In this document: positions 41,601 to 50,042 of the stretch, one piece after another
Numbering within the stretch: position 1 is the stretch's first letter
Layout: each line of letters opens with the position of its first letter
From: a virus
DNA: 56,910 nucleotides
Reading direction: 5' to 3' (one strand)
Virus record (IMG/VR): IMGVR_UViG_3300027898_000003
Location: 1-56,910 of that record
Notes under the pieces: generated by a model
Seen by the model: the letters and a program-made list of their open reading frames with translations, nothing else
Told to the model about the DNA's origin: nothing
Database searches by the model: none
Program-made: the position numbers and the translations under genes

Positions 41601-43010
41601 TACTTGCAAGCGCAGCACGGGTACGCCAAAGGCATGAACGAGTTTTTTAAAGCGTACAAAGAAATCGGCGGGATTTTGGGTAAGACTGGGTTGCTGCGTT
41701 CCCTGCGCATCGAAGACATGCCAGCTGACGTGCGCGCGCCCATGCAACGTTTGCTGGAACTGGGACGGTTGGACATTGGCATGAACACCGAATACGGCTC
41801 CATGTCCATGCACCCTAAAAACATCGTGACGCGCGCGGCGCAGGCGGCAACCGACCGGGTAGCTGCAGCCTCGTTGAAGATGGAAGCATTGAACCGTTTG
41901 GCCAGCGCGGCGGCGGCATACCGGTTGGAGTTTGCCCGTACCGGCGATGCTGAAAAAGCATTGCACTACGCTGCGGACGTGGTAGCTGAAACCCACGGTG
42001 ACCATAGCCGGGCCAACGCACCGCGGGTGTTTAACAACGGGTTTGGCAAAGTGGCGTTGCAGTTTCGCAAGTTCCAGTTGGTGCAGCTGACTCAGATGGC
42101 CAAAATGATCGGCAACCTCAAAACGGCCGACCCAGAAGAACGTGCCATAGCCATACGCCATTTGGCGTACACGCTGGCCCATGTGGGCGTATTGGGAGGC
42201 GTTATCGGCATGCCCGGTTTCAGTACGTACAGCGCCGTGTCGCAAAACCTTACTAATATGTTAACAGGCATTGAAGGCGAAGACTGGGAAACAAAGATCG
42301 AAAAAGCAGTGGGAGATAAAAATGTCGCCCAGTTGCTGCTGCGGGGTATTCCCGGTGCACTGGGTGTAGATTTGACCAGCAAAGTCGGCTATGGCGACAT
42401 GCTGGGAATTGCGCCTTACACGAATGTAAACCCTGCCGATCGCAAAAGTGTGCAAGACGCCATTGGCCAAGTGACTGCGGGTCCGTTTGGTGGTCTTGTG
42501 GGCCGCGCTGCCGAATCGTTACATCACATTCTGGTAGGCAACTATTACAAAGGTATCGAAGGTATGATGCCTCAAGGTATTGCCAATGTCATGCGTGGTG
42601 CGCGCGAATTGACCAATGGCGTGACCAATACCAAAAACGACAAGCTGATGAATTTGAATGCGGGCGAAGCGTTTGCCGAAGCGCTTGGATTTCAGCCGTC
42701 CAGCAAATCGTTGATGCAATCGGAAACTGGCGCCATGATTCAGTCGACGGAACAGTTTAAAGACCGGTTGGAAATGCTTAAAGAGCGTTACAACAACACC
42801 GTCCAAAGTCACGGCGACCCCAGCAGCGACATTAAAAACCTCAACGAGCTCCGGGCAGAAATGCAGGCACGTGGGTTTAAACCAACACCGCTGGGAGACA
42901 TGTTGCGCGCGCCGACACAGCAGCTTATCCGTCAAATATTTACGACGCCAAGCGGTGTGCAGTACAAGCCGTCCGACACGGGCCGGGCAGCAGCTCAATT
43001 CCCGAAATAA
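35601..43010 (+). CDS. giant (2469 aa) virion-associated multidomain protein with zincin-like HExxH motif
   Basis: Single uninterrupted ORF. Disordered N-terminus, Gly/Ala-rich hydrophobic segments, a Lys/Glu-rich coil, HELIH at nt 39546-39560, and a large helical C-terminal half. Confidence 0.8.
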   Translation: MAVTPAAKNPDTFASSNLAGGNSATGAVMGLPQNQPLGSAGQPPAQSSMPQLPTGPSGFDNYFNSPQQAAPQNNDTVIQQMYAQQAGNAQANTQALLQPQASQPSYAVSADDKSILIGGKSYDIDSNPTAVWNAVNSPDGQQSATTAPPGYKLVPAKLVSGYLQNINHGTLSNAYQGVKELATRAPGAFLNTAGDAAQWAGADTVGQGLNNAGAAVDRFTGADQVPDTLGRGPVGSWFVQTMADAAPMLPIMAASLALPETALPRAFQILGDVGLNMGLFGGQAAQQKKESLLQQGVAPDQANQAGWVDFFTQGGGLMAMGHLGKVASSGTYGAAQQVVAKLQQAVGKGAMTAEQAAAAVTNPAYFARMLANGAGNIGVQGGVMSGMAGASAASNNAYGGQQQDVGDAMLHGLGAGLSFGAVLSPLAGIHSVQDSTRRSALGDALATPDQQIDLLQAVKMDKAAKDIQPEVGALAGKNAAAQYTADTQARSTNAYADNMIAAERAARGETPGFGGQAPAAQAPAPDASRQADVEAAWPAQPEAPVALTPKGKKGQPPVDPNAPPPPPGNPPPGAPPGAEPAAPTADQERAELVREDALNAVGIPKKNKPARDKAAAAMDAGINLESPEAETLVKALKAGKMALADEEIAKLKGAQNDGTSGPVAPGTAGVGQPTSVEPARSVGTGIANDKQPTGDVRPSTEASSAGVLTPVSGGNARVGASAVEKPMIVGTNEGWVATNGDYYGNGARPTDKPVERPVKTGQTGLPTGKVQRAPALPKSVVPDFSEAPTEVKPATPGRLTLKAPKIEKKLTAEQAFNRLKTGLPKYSELTPEQRAVIDDTHAKGELTQENWDATAKTAKETQAKQNRKRVEAESAAEDAKTPEQLAADAAEKTTIPPADVFHKVFGKIFGERVWQIANGKKFGEVGAAEKKPVSEDGVRKSVNRLTAERIEAALKKGDITPAEAIAVKDALDIAQEKTAKRKTQAAIQQDGGDSSLLTNDISPEQTKDLMIGDGIHVQGADNMGVKSKAEKTAEVEQQKAIEAEKPETPIEETRGSGLATNEEVLVQKTKALEEQLQAALKAGDKKKASEIRDQQKVLSDLYKKGLKKQEEKETTTLVKTEDKPIDERIDELNDKIADAEDAGDHKLVTKLEDERQKLYDKRDAEIAGETQLAADEKGDTTEDGRWKDESDDPTESAHVADNASSDADLQMDHDLRQIAKGSEPFKQAIQYAIAKETNKFRKQILTNVLARYEQLKKLGFEFSFGVTEPGRALRGNMVGVSSHTPGVLGEASKVEVNLNGAHMGARSGTNQETLAHELIHSVTQAAISANPEGTAARKLQEFYNELRQDILSRKNANKLNDFEKAFFSGKNNSLENAHELLSWGLTNPKMQEYLASRIDPKGRTWFHRLLDIVANALGLHKVDERSDLARLISVSDELMSEDTGAYVKHANDRGLSFGKQENKSGYSGFALLNKGRGEIVYDKDGLILIRSKNLRGDEIFVPGKAGVGIARVGLDHFTGDWISPADMAKLKDVANSLKTEGAAMVSRNIDKLPDRLQEPARTITDRLNRWTNSGLDKVIFTRDLVKRGVARGLHALETFDEHRESRDALAGHYQKAALNAVEDVRTFSTPEKRTLSEFLQESTLSTAWGYGPKRAENSRAAKLYDALSPRAKRVAEAVFAHGDTILKAKKDAITELADSMYKPMIAEATAAGHHNVARDLEREREGLLKKYNTLLSIGEGQPYVSMQRRGDFVAVGKSDEYLKAEAAANAEDATPTHRALLEKMQTDPNHYLVSEAQSEQEAKALRDNMRAAGFPSTGDHTYYKPKDRWTQEGGGVLAGMARLRNKLDMMAQESTNPADKAQAASMRNLLTHMWLDALSHRSSRKAEMRRVGVHGTMDVVDSFRQSAAADAHFISGIKYNDKMLTALKNARKQADRGEGEERTTNLNLLDEFLKRHEQSTNAVPTPWANKITKATALWQIATSPAHYVGNLMQPWTMTLPYLQAQHGYAKGMNEFFKAYKEIGGILGKTGLLRSLRIEDMPADVRAPMQRLLELGRLDIGMNTEYGSMSMHPKNIVTRAAQAATDRVAAASLKMEALNRLASAAAAYRLEFARTGDAEKALHYAADVVAETHGDHSRANAPRVFNNGFGKVALQFRKFQLVQLTQMAKMIGNLKTADPEERAIAIRHLAYTLAHVGVLGGVIGMPGFSTYSAVSQNLTNMLTGIEGEDWETKIEKAVGDKNVAQLLLRGIPGALGVDLTSKVGYGDMLGIAPYTNVNPADRKSVQDAIGQVTAGPFGGLVGRAAESLHHILVGNYYKGIEGMMPQGIANVMRGARELTNGVTNTKNDKLMNLNAGEAFAEALGFQPSSKSLMQSETGAMIQSTEQFKDRLEMLKERYNNTVQSHGDPSSDIKNLNELRAEMQARGFKPTPLGDMLRAPTQQLIRQIFTTPSGVQYKPSDTGRAAAQFPK

Positions 43011-43014
43011 AAAA

Positions 43015-43037
43015 GACCCCGGTTTGTAGCCGGGGTC
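43015..43037. terminator. hairpin terminator at the convergence of the two gene blocks
   Basis: GACCCCGG-TTTGTAG-CCGGGGTC. On the minus strand it is followed by TTTTTT; on the plus strand it has an A-run before it and no T-run after. Confidence 0.8.
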
Positions 43038-43077
43038 TAAAGCACTCAAGGAGACAGGAAGGGCCTGTCGGTGCGTA

Positions 43078-46047
43078 TTATGGACCAGTTTTGGAAACTG
43101 CCGAAACCACGTTGTCAACCACCAGTACAGGACCGCTGGCTTCCAGCTTGGGCAAGTCGATCACCACGCAACGCTGCTGCACCCGCGGCAAATCCGTTCC
43201 CCGCGTCAAAGTAGTGCGCTCGTCGTCCGTAACCAACGCCCCAACAGAACGCAAGTGGTCGATTACATTCCCAAAATCGGTGCGGTTTTTCATGCACCAT
43301 TCCCGCATGGACTTCTGGCACAAAAATAATCGGCCGGCGTTGGCTTTTTCGTTCTTGGACCCCAGCACGTAACGCCCCACAATCGGGCCTTTCAAAACGT
43401 TGCGTGGACTCTCTACGCCCAGCAAGCTGCGTGAGTCGCGGTACTCGGCAGTTACCACAATGCCCGGGGTCATGGCGGCAACCATGCGGTTAAACGCATC
43501 GTCGGAAGTTACGGTGTTGTTGACGGTAATGTCTTTGGCCAGCTTCTGCATCAGTTCAATGGAAAAGTTAGTCAGCTTGTCAGTATCGAATTCGCATACC
43601 CCCAAGGACACCGCAAGCTCGGCGGCGACAAGGGTGCAAGCTGCATGGCTGCGATAAAAACGGTATTTCGTGCCGGGGATGTGCTTCACCAGCATGGAAA
43701 TTTTGGCTTGAATACGCTCGTAAATTTCTTCCCTGTGTGTGACAGCGTACTGAATTAGCGCTGCGCCTGCTGTGCCCCGGTTCGCTTTCATCTGGGCCAA
43801 CGCGGTCTTGACCTCAGTTTCTTCCAATACGGGAATGTCGTAACTGTCCACGTGGATTTGAACCATGCGCACCGCCTCGGCCTGTGAGTTGGCTTGGGAT
43901 GCTGCCAGCACGCCGTGCAAATCCTTGTTGGCTGTACCGAACGGACTCATGCGCCACGTGGCTTGATTGGCAAACTTTACGCCCGACCCGGTAGCTTGTA
44001 AACGAGCCCGTTCCTCCCCAAGCGATAGTGTGTACGTAAAGTTCGAAAACCATTCCGCTTCCACCCCGGTGAGCTCGTCAAAAATGAGGGGGATGTTGTT
44101 GAACGCGCCCACTGTGGCCCAAAGCGCGTTGCGCGTGCCCGCATCATCCGATTTGAGCGCCATGGCATTGGAATCACCGAAGGCATAGACAGAAGCATAC
44201 GCGACAGTGGATTTGCCCTTACCCGAATCACCCCCCGTGACTGCAAGTAAAAGCCCGCAATATAGTTCTTCGCAGAAGGGATTGAGGATGGAGCCCCAGC
44301 CTGAGCAAATAGCGTACTGTAGGCTTTCCATACCGGGTCGGGCATAGACATAGTTAAGCGGCTTTGCATACCCAGCCAGTGTGCCTTGTGGTGCCGTAAG
44401 CGCAGCTTGTTTCTGGGCAGCATAGCCACCAAGGAGAACTCGCTTGACGGTGCCATCAGCGTGGTAATAACGGTCACCAATGAGGAAGCCGCGCATCTCA
44501 TCTTTCCAGCCAAAAGCCGTGAGAGTATTAGTTTCTTCAACGCGCCGTTTAAGCTGTTCCAGCGAGTCTCGAAGGTACGCAGTAAGGTGGTTGCCCGCGT
44601 TGGCGTTATTTGTTTGCATGAGTTCATATTTTGCTAGTGATTTAAGCATTTCGGACTGCGACGCCATGGCTTCAAACGGCATCTGAAAGTCACGAATCCG
44701 GTTGTTGTGTAGGTGCATGCGCATGCCTATCCGGTAGGCCCCATCTTCCCCCCGAATGCGCATCGTCGGGTAGAACTGATGGTTGGTAAACGGGTACACC
44801 TGATTGATGCCGTCTTTGTCTGGCAGCACCCTTGATAACACGTGGCCGTCCCACTGGTAACCGTTGGGGAACGCTGGCACCACCACCGTTTCCTTGACCT
44901 CGGGCTGCGCGGTTTCGACCTCAATTTCTTTTTCAACTGCGATCGGGATGATGCGCCCTAGCACCAGCGGTGTCTTTATCTTGTCCTTAAATTCACACCC
45001 TACACAAACCGCCGCGTTGTGCTTGTCAAAATGGGCGCAAGTGGTCGGGCCTGCGTCCCACGAATCGTATTTGTTGTCCCAATCTATTTGGTCGTGACCA
45101 GTGCTGGCGCGTTCGCTGCTCCAGTCCTGTGCCAGATTGCGGCCGTCTTGGCTGTGCTTTAACAGACCGACAACACCTCTCCAAACCTCGTACGAAACGT
45201 CGCCTGCAGTGTTACGCACCGCACGGACTTGAGCGCACTTATCGGCCATGATGTTAGCGTCCACAGGTGCGTCCGCGTAGGGCAGATGTGCAATTAAATC
45301 GCTGTTGAGTCCACTGTTCTGCAAGTAAGCCGGTACAACTTCCAGCGGTGTTGTAACGTTGTTGGCCTCGGCATACGCCTTGATCGCAGTAAACAACACC
45401 ACCGGGTCTAACGGAGTTATTTCCTTGAGCGTGCGCACCTTCTTGGGGTTCGTTGCGTCCTTGCGATTGGTCGTGCCCACTGGCCGCAAAATGGATGCAA
45501 AGTCTGCTGTGCGTGTGGGGTCTGCAACGAGCCCGGCCTGCACCGCGCTGGCCTTAAGAAGTTTGGCGCACTTTACCCAGCTGATGTGTTTGACTGCCTT
45601 GGTCAAAGGCCAGTACGCATGCACGCCGTTGCCTGAAGACACCATCATGGGTGTGGGCCAGCCGATCGCTTTGGCAAACTTGGCAACTGCGGTTGCGGCA
45701 TCGCGCTGGTTCTCGTAACCCTTGGGCGGCTCCATGGTGGAGTACCCTGTACCCACATCGAGGTCTAACCAAAAGCTTTTTGCGCTAGCCCAGTTGTTTT
45801 CCTTGCGGTACTGGCGCCGGGTCTTGCCGTCTTTCTCGACTTCAATGTACGGGTGCAAGTAGCTGGCGCATGCGTGGTACACGGCGCGGTACTGCGGGTC
45901 CCGGTTGAAACTTGCGATGGCGTTGGCCATAGCTTCAAGTTCAACGTACGGCTTGTGGATTTTGTATTCCTTGCCCACCGGGAAAAGCACCACGTACTTA
46001 ACCCCGTTCTCCGGCAAAATACTTTGGAGAAATGTCAGGGTATCCAT
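43078..46047 (-). CDS. primase-polymerase / SF3 helicase fusion protein
   Basis: N-terminal AEP-like LDLDVG ... SGNGVHAYW. Central Cys cluster CAHFDKHNAAVCVGCEF. C-terminal Walker A GGDSGKGKST. Confidence 0.8.
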   Translation of the reverse strand: MDTLTFLQSILPENGVKYVVLFPVGKEYKIHKPYVELEAMANAIASFNRDPQYRAVYHACASYLHPYIEVEKDGKTRRQYRKENNWASAKSFWLDLDVGTGYSTMEPPKGYENQRDAATAVAKFAKAIGWPTPMMVSSGNGVHAYWPLTKAVKHISWVKCAKLLKASAVQAGLVADPTRTADFASILRPVGTTNRKDATNPKKVRTLKEITPLDPVVLFTAIKAYAEANNVTTPLEVVPAYLQNSGLNSDLIAHLPYADAPVDANIMADKCAQVRAVRNTAGDVSYEVWRGVVGLLKHSQDGRNLAQDWSSERASTGHDQIDWDNKYDSWDAGPTTCAHFDKHNAAVCVGCEFKDKIKTPLVLGRIIPIAVEKEIEVETAQPEVKETVVVPAFPNGYQWDGHVLSRVLPDKDGINQVYPFTNHQFYPTMRIRGEDGAYRIGMRMHLHNNRIRDFQMPFEAMASQSEMLKSLAKYELMQTNNANAGNHLTAYLRDSLEQLKRRVEETNTLTAFGWKDEMRGFLIGDRYYHADGTVKRVLLGGYAAQKQAALTAPQGTLAGYAKPLNYVYARPGMESLQYAICSGWGSILNPFCEELYCGLLLAVTGGDSGKGKSTVAYASVYAFGDSNAMALKSDDAGTRNALWATVGAFNNIPLIFDELTGVEAEWFSNFTYTLSLGEERARLQATGSGVKFANQATWRMSPFGTANKDLHGVLAASQANSQAEAVRMVQIHVDSYDIPVLEETEVKTALAQMKANRGTAGAALIQYAVTHREEIYERIQAKISMLVKHIPGTKYRFYRSHAACTLVAAELAVSLGVCEFDTDKLTNFSIELMQKLAKDITVNNTVTSDDAFNRMVAAMTPGIVVTAEYRDSRSLLGVESPRNVLKGPIVGRYVLGSKNEKANAGRLFLCQKSMREWCMKNRTDFGNVIDHLRSVGALVTDDERTTLTRGTDLPRVQQRCVVIDLPKLEASGPVLVVDNVVSAVSKTGP

Positions 46048-46156
46048 GGATTACCCCACGACAAAAAATTCATAATGCCCCCCGGCAAAAATTTATTATG
46101 GAGAAAAATACCGGTTACGCTTCCGGCGCTGAGCTCTCAGCCGATTTCCGGGGGGT

Positions 46157-47116
46157 TTAGTCGTCGAAGTCGATACCGTCGATGTCGAGGTCCGGGTCTT
46201 CGTTTACAACAGGTACGGCCTTGGCTGCGGGAGCCGGGGCAGGTGCTGCTTCAACTGTTTCAAAACCCGTAGCTTTGGGCTTGGCAGCGCGCGGCTTGGG
46301 TGGTGCTTTAGGTGTCTCAACAGGGGCTTCAACTTTTACGGGCTCGGGCGCTGGTGCTTCTGGTTCAGGAGCTTCTGCACCGTCAAACAAGCTGGCAGCA
46401 CCGACGATGTTGGACACAATATCGGATTCCAATGTCTCCTTGACTTGTTCGTAATCGAGGGCAGACAGGAAACCCATGGGGCGAAACAACAGCTTGGGTG
46501 ACTCGGCTTCCTGATCGAAGCTGATCTTGGTCACAACCATGTTGTATGCGACGCCGCGCTTGGCCAACATCTGACCGTACTCACCCAGACCCGTGATGGA
46601 TGCCGGAGGCACACGAATCAACATGGGGTCATTGAGCGTGCCACCGGGCACCACAGCGATGCGCACGGAATCTTGGCAAGCTTTGCCCTTGGTGGCGACA
46701 CCCTTGTCATTGACCGCTGAGCCCCATGCGTTCCACTTGCACACAGCGCAGCTTTTGGCTTGCTTGTGTTCGGCATCGGCTGCAGGCACTGTGCCGTCCG
46801 TGGAGTAACAATCCGGCTTCTTGGCTTTGTCGCTGGAGTTGGGGTCGTACTTTTCCATGTAGTACACCTTGGACTTATCCTTGTTGGCCTTGACCAACAC
46901 CACGTCGATGCTGGTTGCGGGGCTCTCTGGGTCTTTGGGGTTTGGCAGTACGGTACGCTCGCCGTCACGCACGATGGCAAACACCTTGCCTTTAATAGAG
47001 ATGACAGGAAAGCCTGCACCTGCATGATTGGTCAGGTCAGCATTGAATGCTTTGACATCGAAGCCAGCCAAGTGAGCTGGCAAATTGGAAGATTCAAAAG
47101 GGATAAGTTGAGACAT
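46157..47116 (-). CDS. putative ssDNA-binding protein
   Basis: Four Cys (C..C..C..C region CYSTDG...CAVCKW...CQD), a Pro/Ala-rich linker and an acidic tail DPDLDIDGIDFDD. AAGGA before the ATG. Confidence 0.55.
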   Translation of the reverse strand: MSQLIPFESSNLPAHLAGFDVKAFNADLTNHAGAGFPVISIKGKVFAIVRDGERTVLPNPKDPESPATSIDVVLVKANKDKSKVYYMEKYDPNSSDKAKKPDCYSTDGTVPAADAEHKQAKSCAVCKWNAWGSAVNDKGVATKGKACQDSVRIAVVPGGTLNDPMLIRVPPASITGLGEYGQMLAKRGVAYNMVVTKISFDQEAESPKLLFRPMGFLSALDYEQVKETLESDIVSNIVGAASLFDGAEAPEPEAPAPEPVKVEAPVETPKAPPKPRAAKPKATGFETVEAAPAPAPAAKAVPVVNEDPDLDIDGIDFDD

Positions 47117-47132
47117 GAAAAAATCCTTGAGC

Positions 47133-47516
47133 TTAGGGTGTTCGACGAATTGCCACTGTGCGTTCGGTGCGATAGTTCACACCCGGTGGCACACCACCGT
47201 GTTCAGCAGCGTACGCATCCACACCGGTTTTGTTGACGCGAACATCCATGAGTTCAAAGGCTTGGTTGGCCTTGACGTAGTTCATAAATGCGTCTTTGTC
47301 ACCGACCGTTGCGCTGGTGCGCTGGCTGATGTATGCGGTTCCGGCAGCAGTGCGCATGCCTTCCCCTCCCAGCTTGTCGAGAGCGACCATAAGGTGCGCT
47401 TCGAGCTTGTCCATTTTTTGTTGGACCGCTGCTTCTTCCTCTTTTCGCAAGCGCGAAATTTCTGCTTTCTTGTCGCGGAGACTAATGTATAGCTCCACTG
47501 CTTCTGACATTTTCAT
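47133..47516 (-). CDS. coiled-coil protein (127 aa), possibly Gam/Gp157-like
   Basis: ATG 47516 after AAGGAAG. N-terminal coiled coil. The family guess is weak. Confidence 0.45.
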   Translation of the reverse strand: MKMSEAVELYISLRDKKAEISRLRKEEEAAVQQKMDKLEAHLMVALDKLGGEGMRTAAGTAYISQRTSATVGDKDAFMNYVKANQAFELMDVRVNKTGVDAYAAEHGGVPPGVNYRTERTVAIRRTP

Positions 47517-47532
47517 TTTTTGCTTCCTTGAG

Positions 47533-49167
47533 TTACGCTTCAACACCATTGTTCTCTTGAACCATATCAAGTAAAACGCCTTGCATGGACTGTTTTGCTG
47601 CCAGTCTCTTGTATATTGTCTGTTCCATTGGTGTGCCTGCAATATGCACAATCACGGTCTTTTTATTTTGCCCCGGGCGCCTTACCCGAGCACACGCTTG
47701 TTCGTAAATTTCATTGCTATGTACGGGAGCATACCAAACAATAGTGGTCGCTGCAGTTAGGGTTAACCCGTGGCTCATGGTCTGTGCGTTGGCCACCAGA
47801 ACACGCGGTTCGTCTTGTTGCTGGAACTCTTTAAACACTCGATCGCGTTGGGTTTTGCTGGTTCCACCATGCACCACAGCGACCATAGAGTTCAACCCTA
47901 TACCTCCTTCGAGTTTGTCAGTGACCGTTTCAACCAAGTGTTTTTCTGACCGAAACATTTTGGCGATTTCAACGGCTATCGATTCAAGGGCACCGGTCAA
48001 GGGCACAAATACTATCACTTTTCCTTCCGACGTTTCAATGATTTCTTTCACTGCGTCGACGCGTGGTTGTGACGGAATGACAATGTTTTCGCCATTTGTT
48101 CCATACGCTACCCCACAGGCGATCTGAATTAACTTATTTGCCTTGACAGCTTCGTTAACTGCGAGTATTTGGCCACCCGCGGCTTCAGTTGCCAGCTTGG
48201 TCAGCATGTCTTTGTACGCTTTGGCCTGCTCGGGTGTGAGTGATACTTCATGCGTTAACACTATTTGCTCGGGCAAGTCCACGCAATCGTCCAGTGCGTA
48301 CCGAATGGCTGGCTGCATGCACCGAAACACTGTCTCATTCGCCGTCGTACGTGGTGCCCACTTGAAGGGCGTCAACTGCCGCATCACTGAATCTTTGAAC
48401 CGGCCGAAGTACCGCGACACGTTCGGGTTGTCGGGGGTAATAAGGCGGCACTGAGCCCACGCGTCGGTAGGGGAGTTTGGCGTAGGTGAGCCAGTCATCC
48501 CCCACACTCTGCGAGGTGTTTGTTTGTTGCATATGTCGTTGAGAATTTTCCATCGGTCAGTTTGTGCGTTGCGTACCATTGCCAGTTCGTCGACCGTTAT
48601 GACGTTAATGTCCGGGCGTTTGGCAAGCTCTTTGGCTATGATGGATATTCCATCGATGTTGATGATGTACACGTCGGCTTCTTGACGTAGTAGTTTCAAT
48701 CGACGTTCACGTGAACCGTAAAGCACGACTGCATCCAGATGATGAAAAGTGCTGAACACTGCATCTCCCCACGTGCGTTCCATAGTGGACAGTGGGCACA
48801 CTACCAGCATGCGATTGGCTTGTTTAACTGAACGCAAATAGTCGAACGCCCACAACGCGCTGTTGGTCTTGCCGGTGCCCATGTCGTTAAGACAAAACGC
48901 CCGGCGGTGCATGGACAAGAACGTGGCCGTATCGCGCTGCACTGCAAACGGACTGTACCTGCCGTTGGCCAGCGGGTACTCGTAATGAATCGGCATAGGG
49001 TCCGGTACAGCAAACCCCATGTTGCGAAGCACTCTTGTCTCGTCCGGCCTGTGTGGAAGCGCCACCGTGTGATCGTTGACTAAACGAGCCGTTGGTATCA
49101 CGGACATAACCCTTGAGGGATGCCGCAGTTTCATGACCACGGCTTTTTTCTTCTTGTGGATGAACAT
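47533..49167 (-). CDS. SNF2-family helicase
   Basis: LNDMGTGKT (motif I), ITVDELA (DExx box), and the C-terminal helicase region SHGLTLTAATTIVWY...QACARVRRPGQ. Confidence 0.85.
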   Translation of the reverse strand: MFIHKKKKAVVMKLRHPSRVMSVIPTARLVNDHTVALPHRPDETRVLRNMGFAVPDPMPIHYEYPLANGRYSPFAVQRDTATFLSMHRRAFCLNDMGTGKTNSALWAFDYLRSVKQANRMLVVCPLSTMERTWGDAVFSTFHHLDAVVLYGSRERRLKLLRQEADVYIINIDGISIIAKELAKRPDINVITVDELAMVRNAQTDRWKILNDICNKQTPRRVWGMTGSPTPNSPTDAWAQCRLITPDNPNVSRYFGRFKDSVMRQLTPFKWAPRTTANETVFRCMQPAIRYALDDCVDLPEQIVLTHEVSLTPEQAKAYKDMLTKLATEAAGGQILAVNEAVKANKLIQIACGVAYGTNGENIVIPSQPRVDAVKEIIETSEGKVIVFVPLTGALESIAVEIAKMFRSEKHLVETVTDKLEGGIGLNSMVAVVHGGTSKTQRDRVFKEFQQQDEPRVLVANAQTMSHGLTLTAATTIVWYAPVHSNEIYEQACARVRRPGQNKKTVIVHIAGTPMEQTIYKRLAAKQSMQGVLLDMVQENNGVEA

Positions 49168-49445
49168 TATTTTTTCTTGTCCACCGGCACCTTGTAATTG
49201 CCTTCACCTGCGCGCCAGCCACGATTCTTCGCAGCAGCTTCCACTTTGAGGTTAGTCGGTACGGTCTTGCCACCGCGCGATGCCGGGACTACGTGAGCGA
49301 TGTCTTTGCCGTCGCCAATAGCCACCTTGCCGGCAGCAATCTCATGACGACGTTCGCGGCGTCGTTCGACACCCAACGCTTTTTGGTCAGGGCGCGCGTC
49401 GTACGCTTTTTGATATGCCAGTTTTTCTGCAGTTGATTTAGCCAT
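49167..49445 (-). CDS. small HNH-like protein (92 aa)
   Basis: ATG 49445 after GGAGAAAGCAA. DIAHVVPASRGGKTVPTNLKVEAAAKNRG resembles a degenerate HNH core. Confidence 0.45.
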   Translation of the reverse strand: MAKSTAEKLAYQKAYDARPDQKALGVERRRERRHEIAAGKVAIGDGKDIAHVVPASRGGKTVPTNLKVEAAAKNRGWRAGEGNYKVPVDKKK

Positions 49446-49746
49446 TTGCTTTCTCCAATACTTCGTGGGCTGATACAAAACGTTTAAACTCGCTGGGCAG
49501 CTGAGGGTGTGCAACTGAAATCCAATCTATAAATTGATGCAGTTTGGTCACTTGATCGCGCAAGTTAATAAGTTCTTGATCGTGCCGATTACTTTCGACA
49601 CACACCGTTGTTGTCCACGTTCTTAACGCGCTCATGTTTAACTGGTTCGGAATAGAAGTTGTCATGGCCGGGTGGTACGTACTCAAGCTAGACGAGGCGG
49701 TAATTGTTTGAACTAAAGTTTCTGCTAATGCGGGTGGAAATAGCAT
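49438..49746 (-). CDS. hypothetical protein (102 aa)
   Basis: ATG 49746 after GGAGTAAAT. Confidence 0.5.
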   Translation of the reverse strand: MLFPPALAETLVQTITASSSLSTYHPAMTTSIPNQLNMSALRTWTTTVCVESNRHDQELINLRDQVTKLHQFIDWISVAHPQLPSEFKRFVSAHEVLEKANG

Positions 49747-49748
49747 AT

Positions 49749-50042
49749 TTACTCCATAGCCTTTGTCGACAAATAAACTAACAGTTGTTCCGGGTCGTCA
49801 ACGACAATTTGCATGCCGCCATGCGCAGCTATTTCTGCGAGAACACGTTCTTGGTTAGGCGTAGTGTTACTGCGCTTGCCGGGGGCTTTGGTTTCAATAG
49901 CCAAAAAGCGTCCCTTCCAACACGCAATAATGTCTGGAATTCCTACCGTGCCCATACCATTTTGAACAGGCATATAGTACCAAATTCCATAAGTTTTGAG
50001 AAGCAATTTGCATTGTTCTTTGACTTTACCTTCGGGAGTCAT
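49749..50042 (-). CDS. VRR-NUC nuclease
   Basis: Start at the internal ATG (MTPEGKV) via ATGA overlap. GIPDIIACWKGRFLAIETKAPGK is the VRR-NUC D...ExK core. Confidence 0.75.
   Translation of the reverse strand: MTPEGKVKEQCKLLLKTYGIWYYMPVQNGMGTVGIPDIIACWKGRFLAIETKAPGKRSNTTPNQERVLAEIAAHGGMQIVVDDPEQLLVYLSTKAME

Noticed and set aside
35601-43010. The giant ORF as an N4-like virion RNA polymerase or as a tape-measure protein
   Set aside because: I could not find single-subunit RNAP catalytic motifs. Gene order (fibres and lysis genes upstream; no major tail, tube or chaperone genes) does not fit a tape measure. Both alternatives need a profile search to exclude formally.
46048-46156. Promoter or terminator in the SSB-primase gap (GCTGAG-AG-CTCAGC dyad, CCGG-N8-CCGG plus a T-run, CATAAT/ATTATG inverted repeat)
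   Set aside because: The stems are only 4-6 bp and no convincing -35/-10 pair is present. Noted but too weak to annotate.
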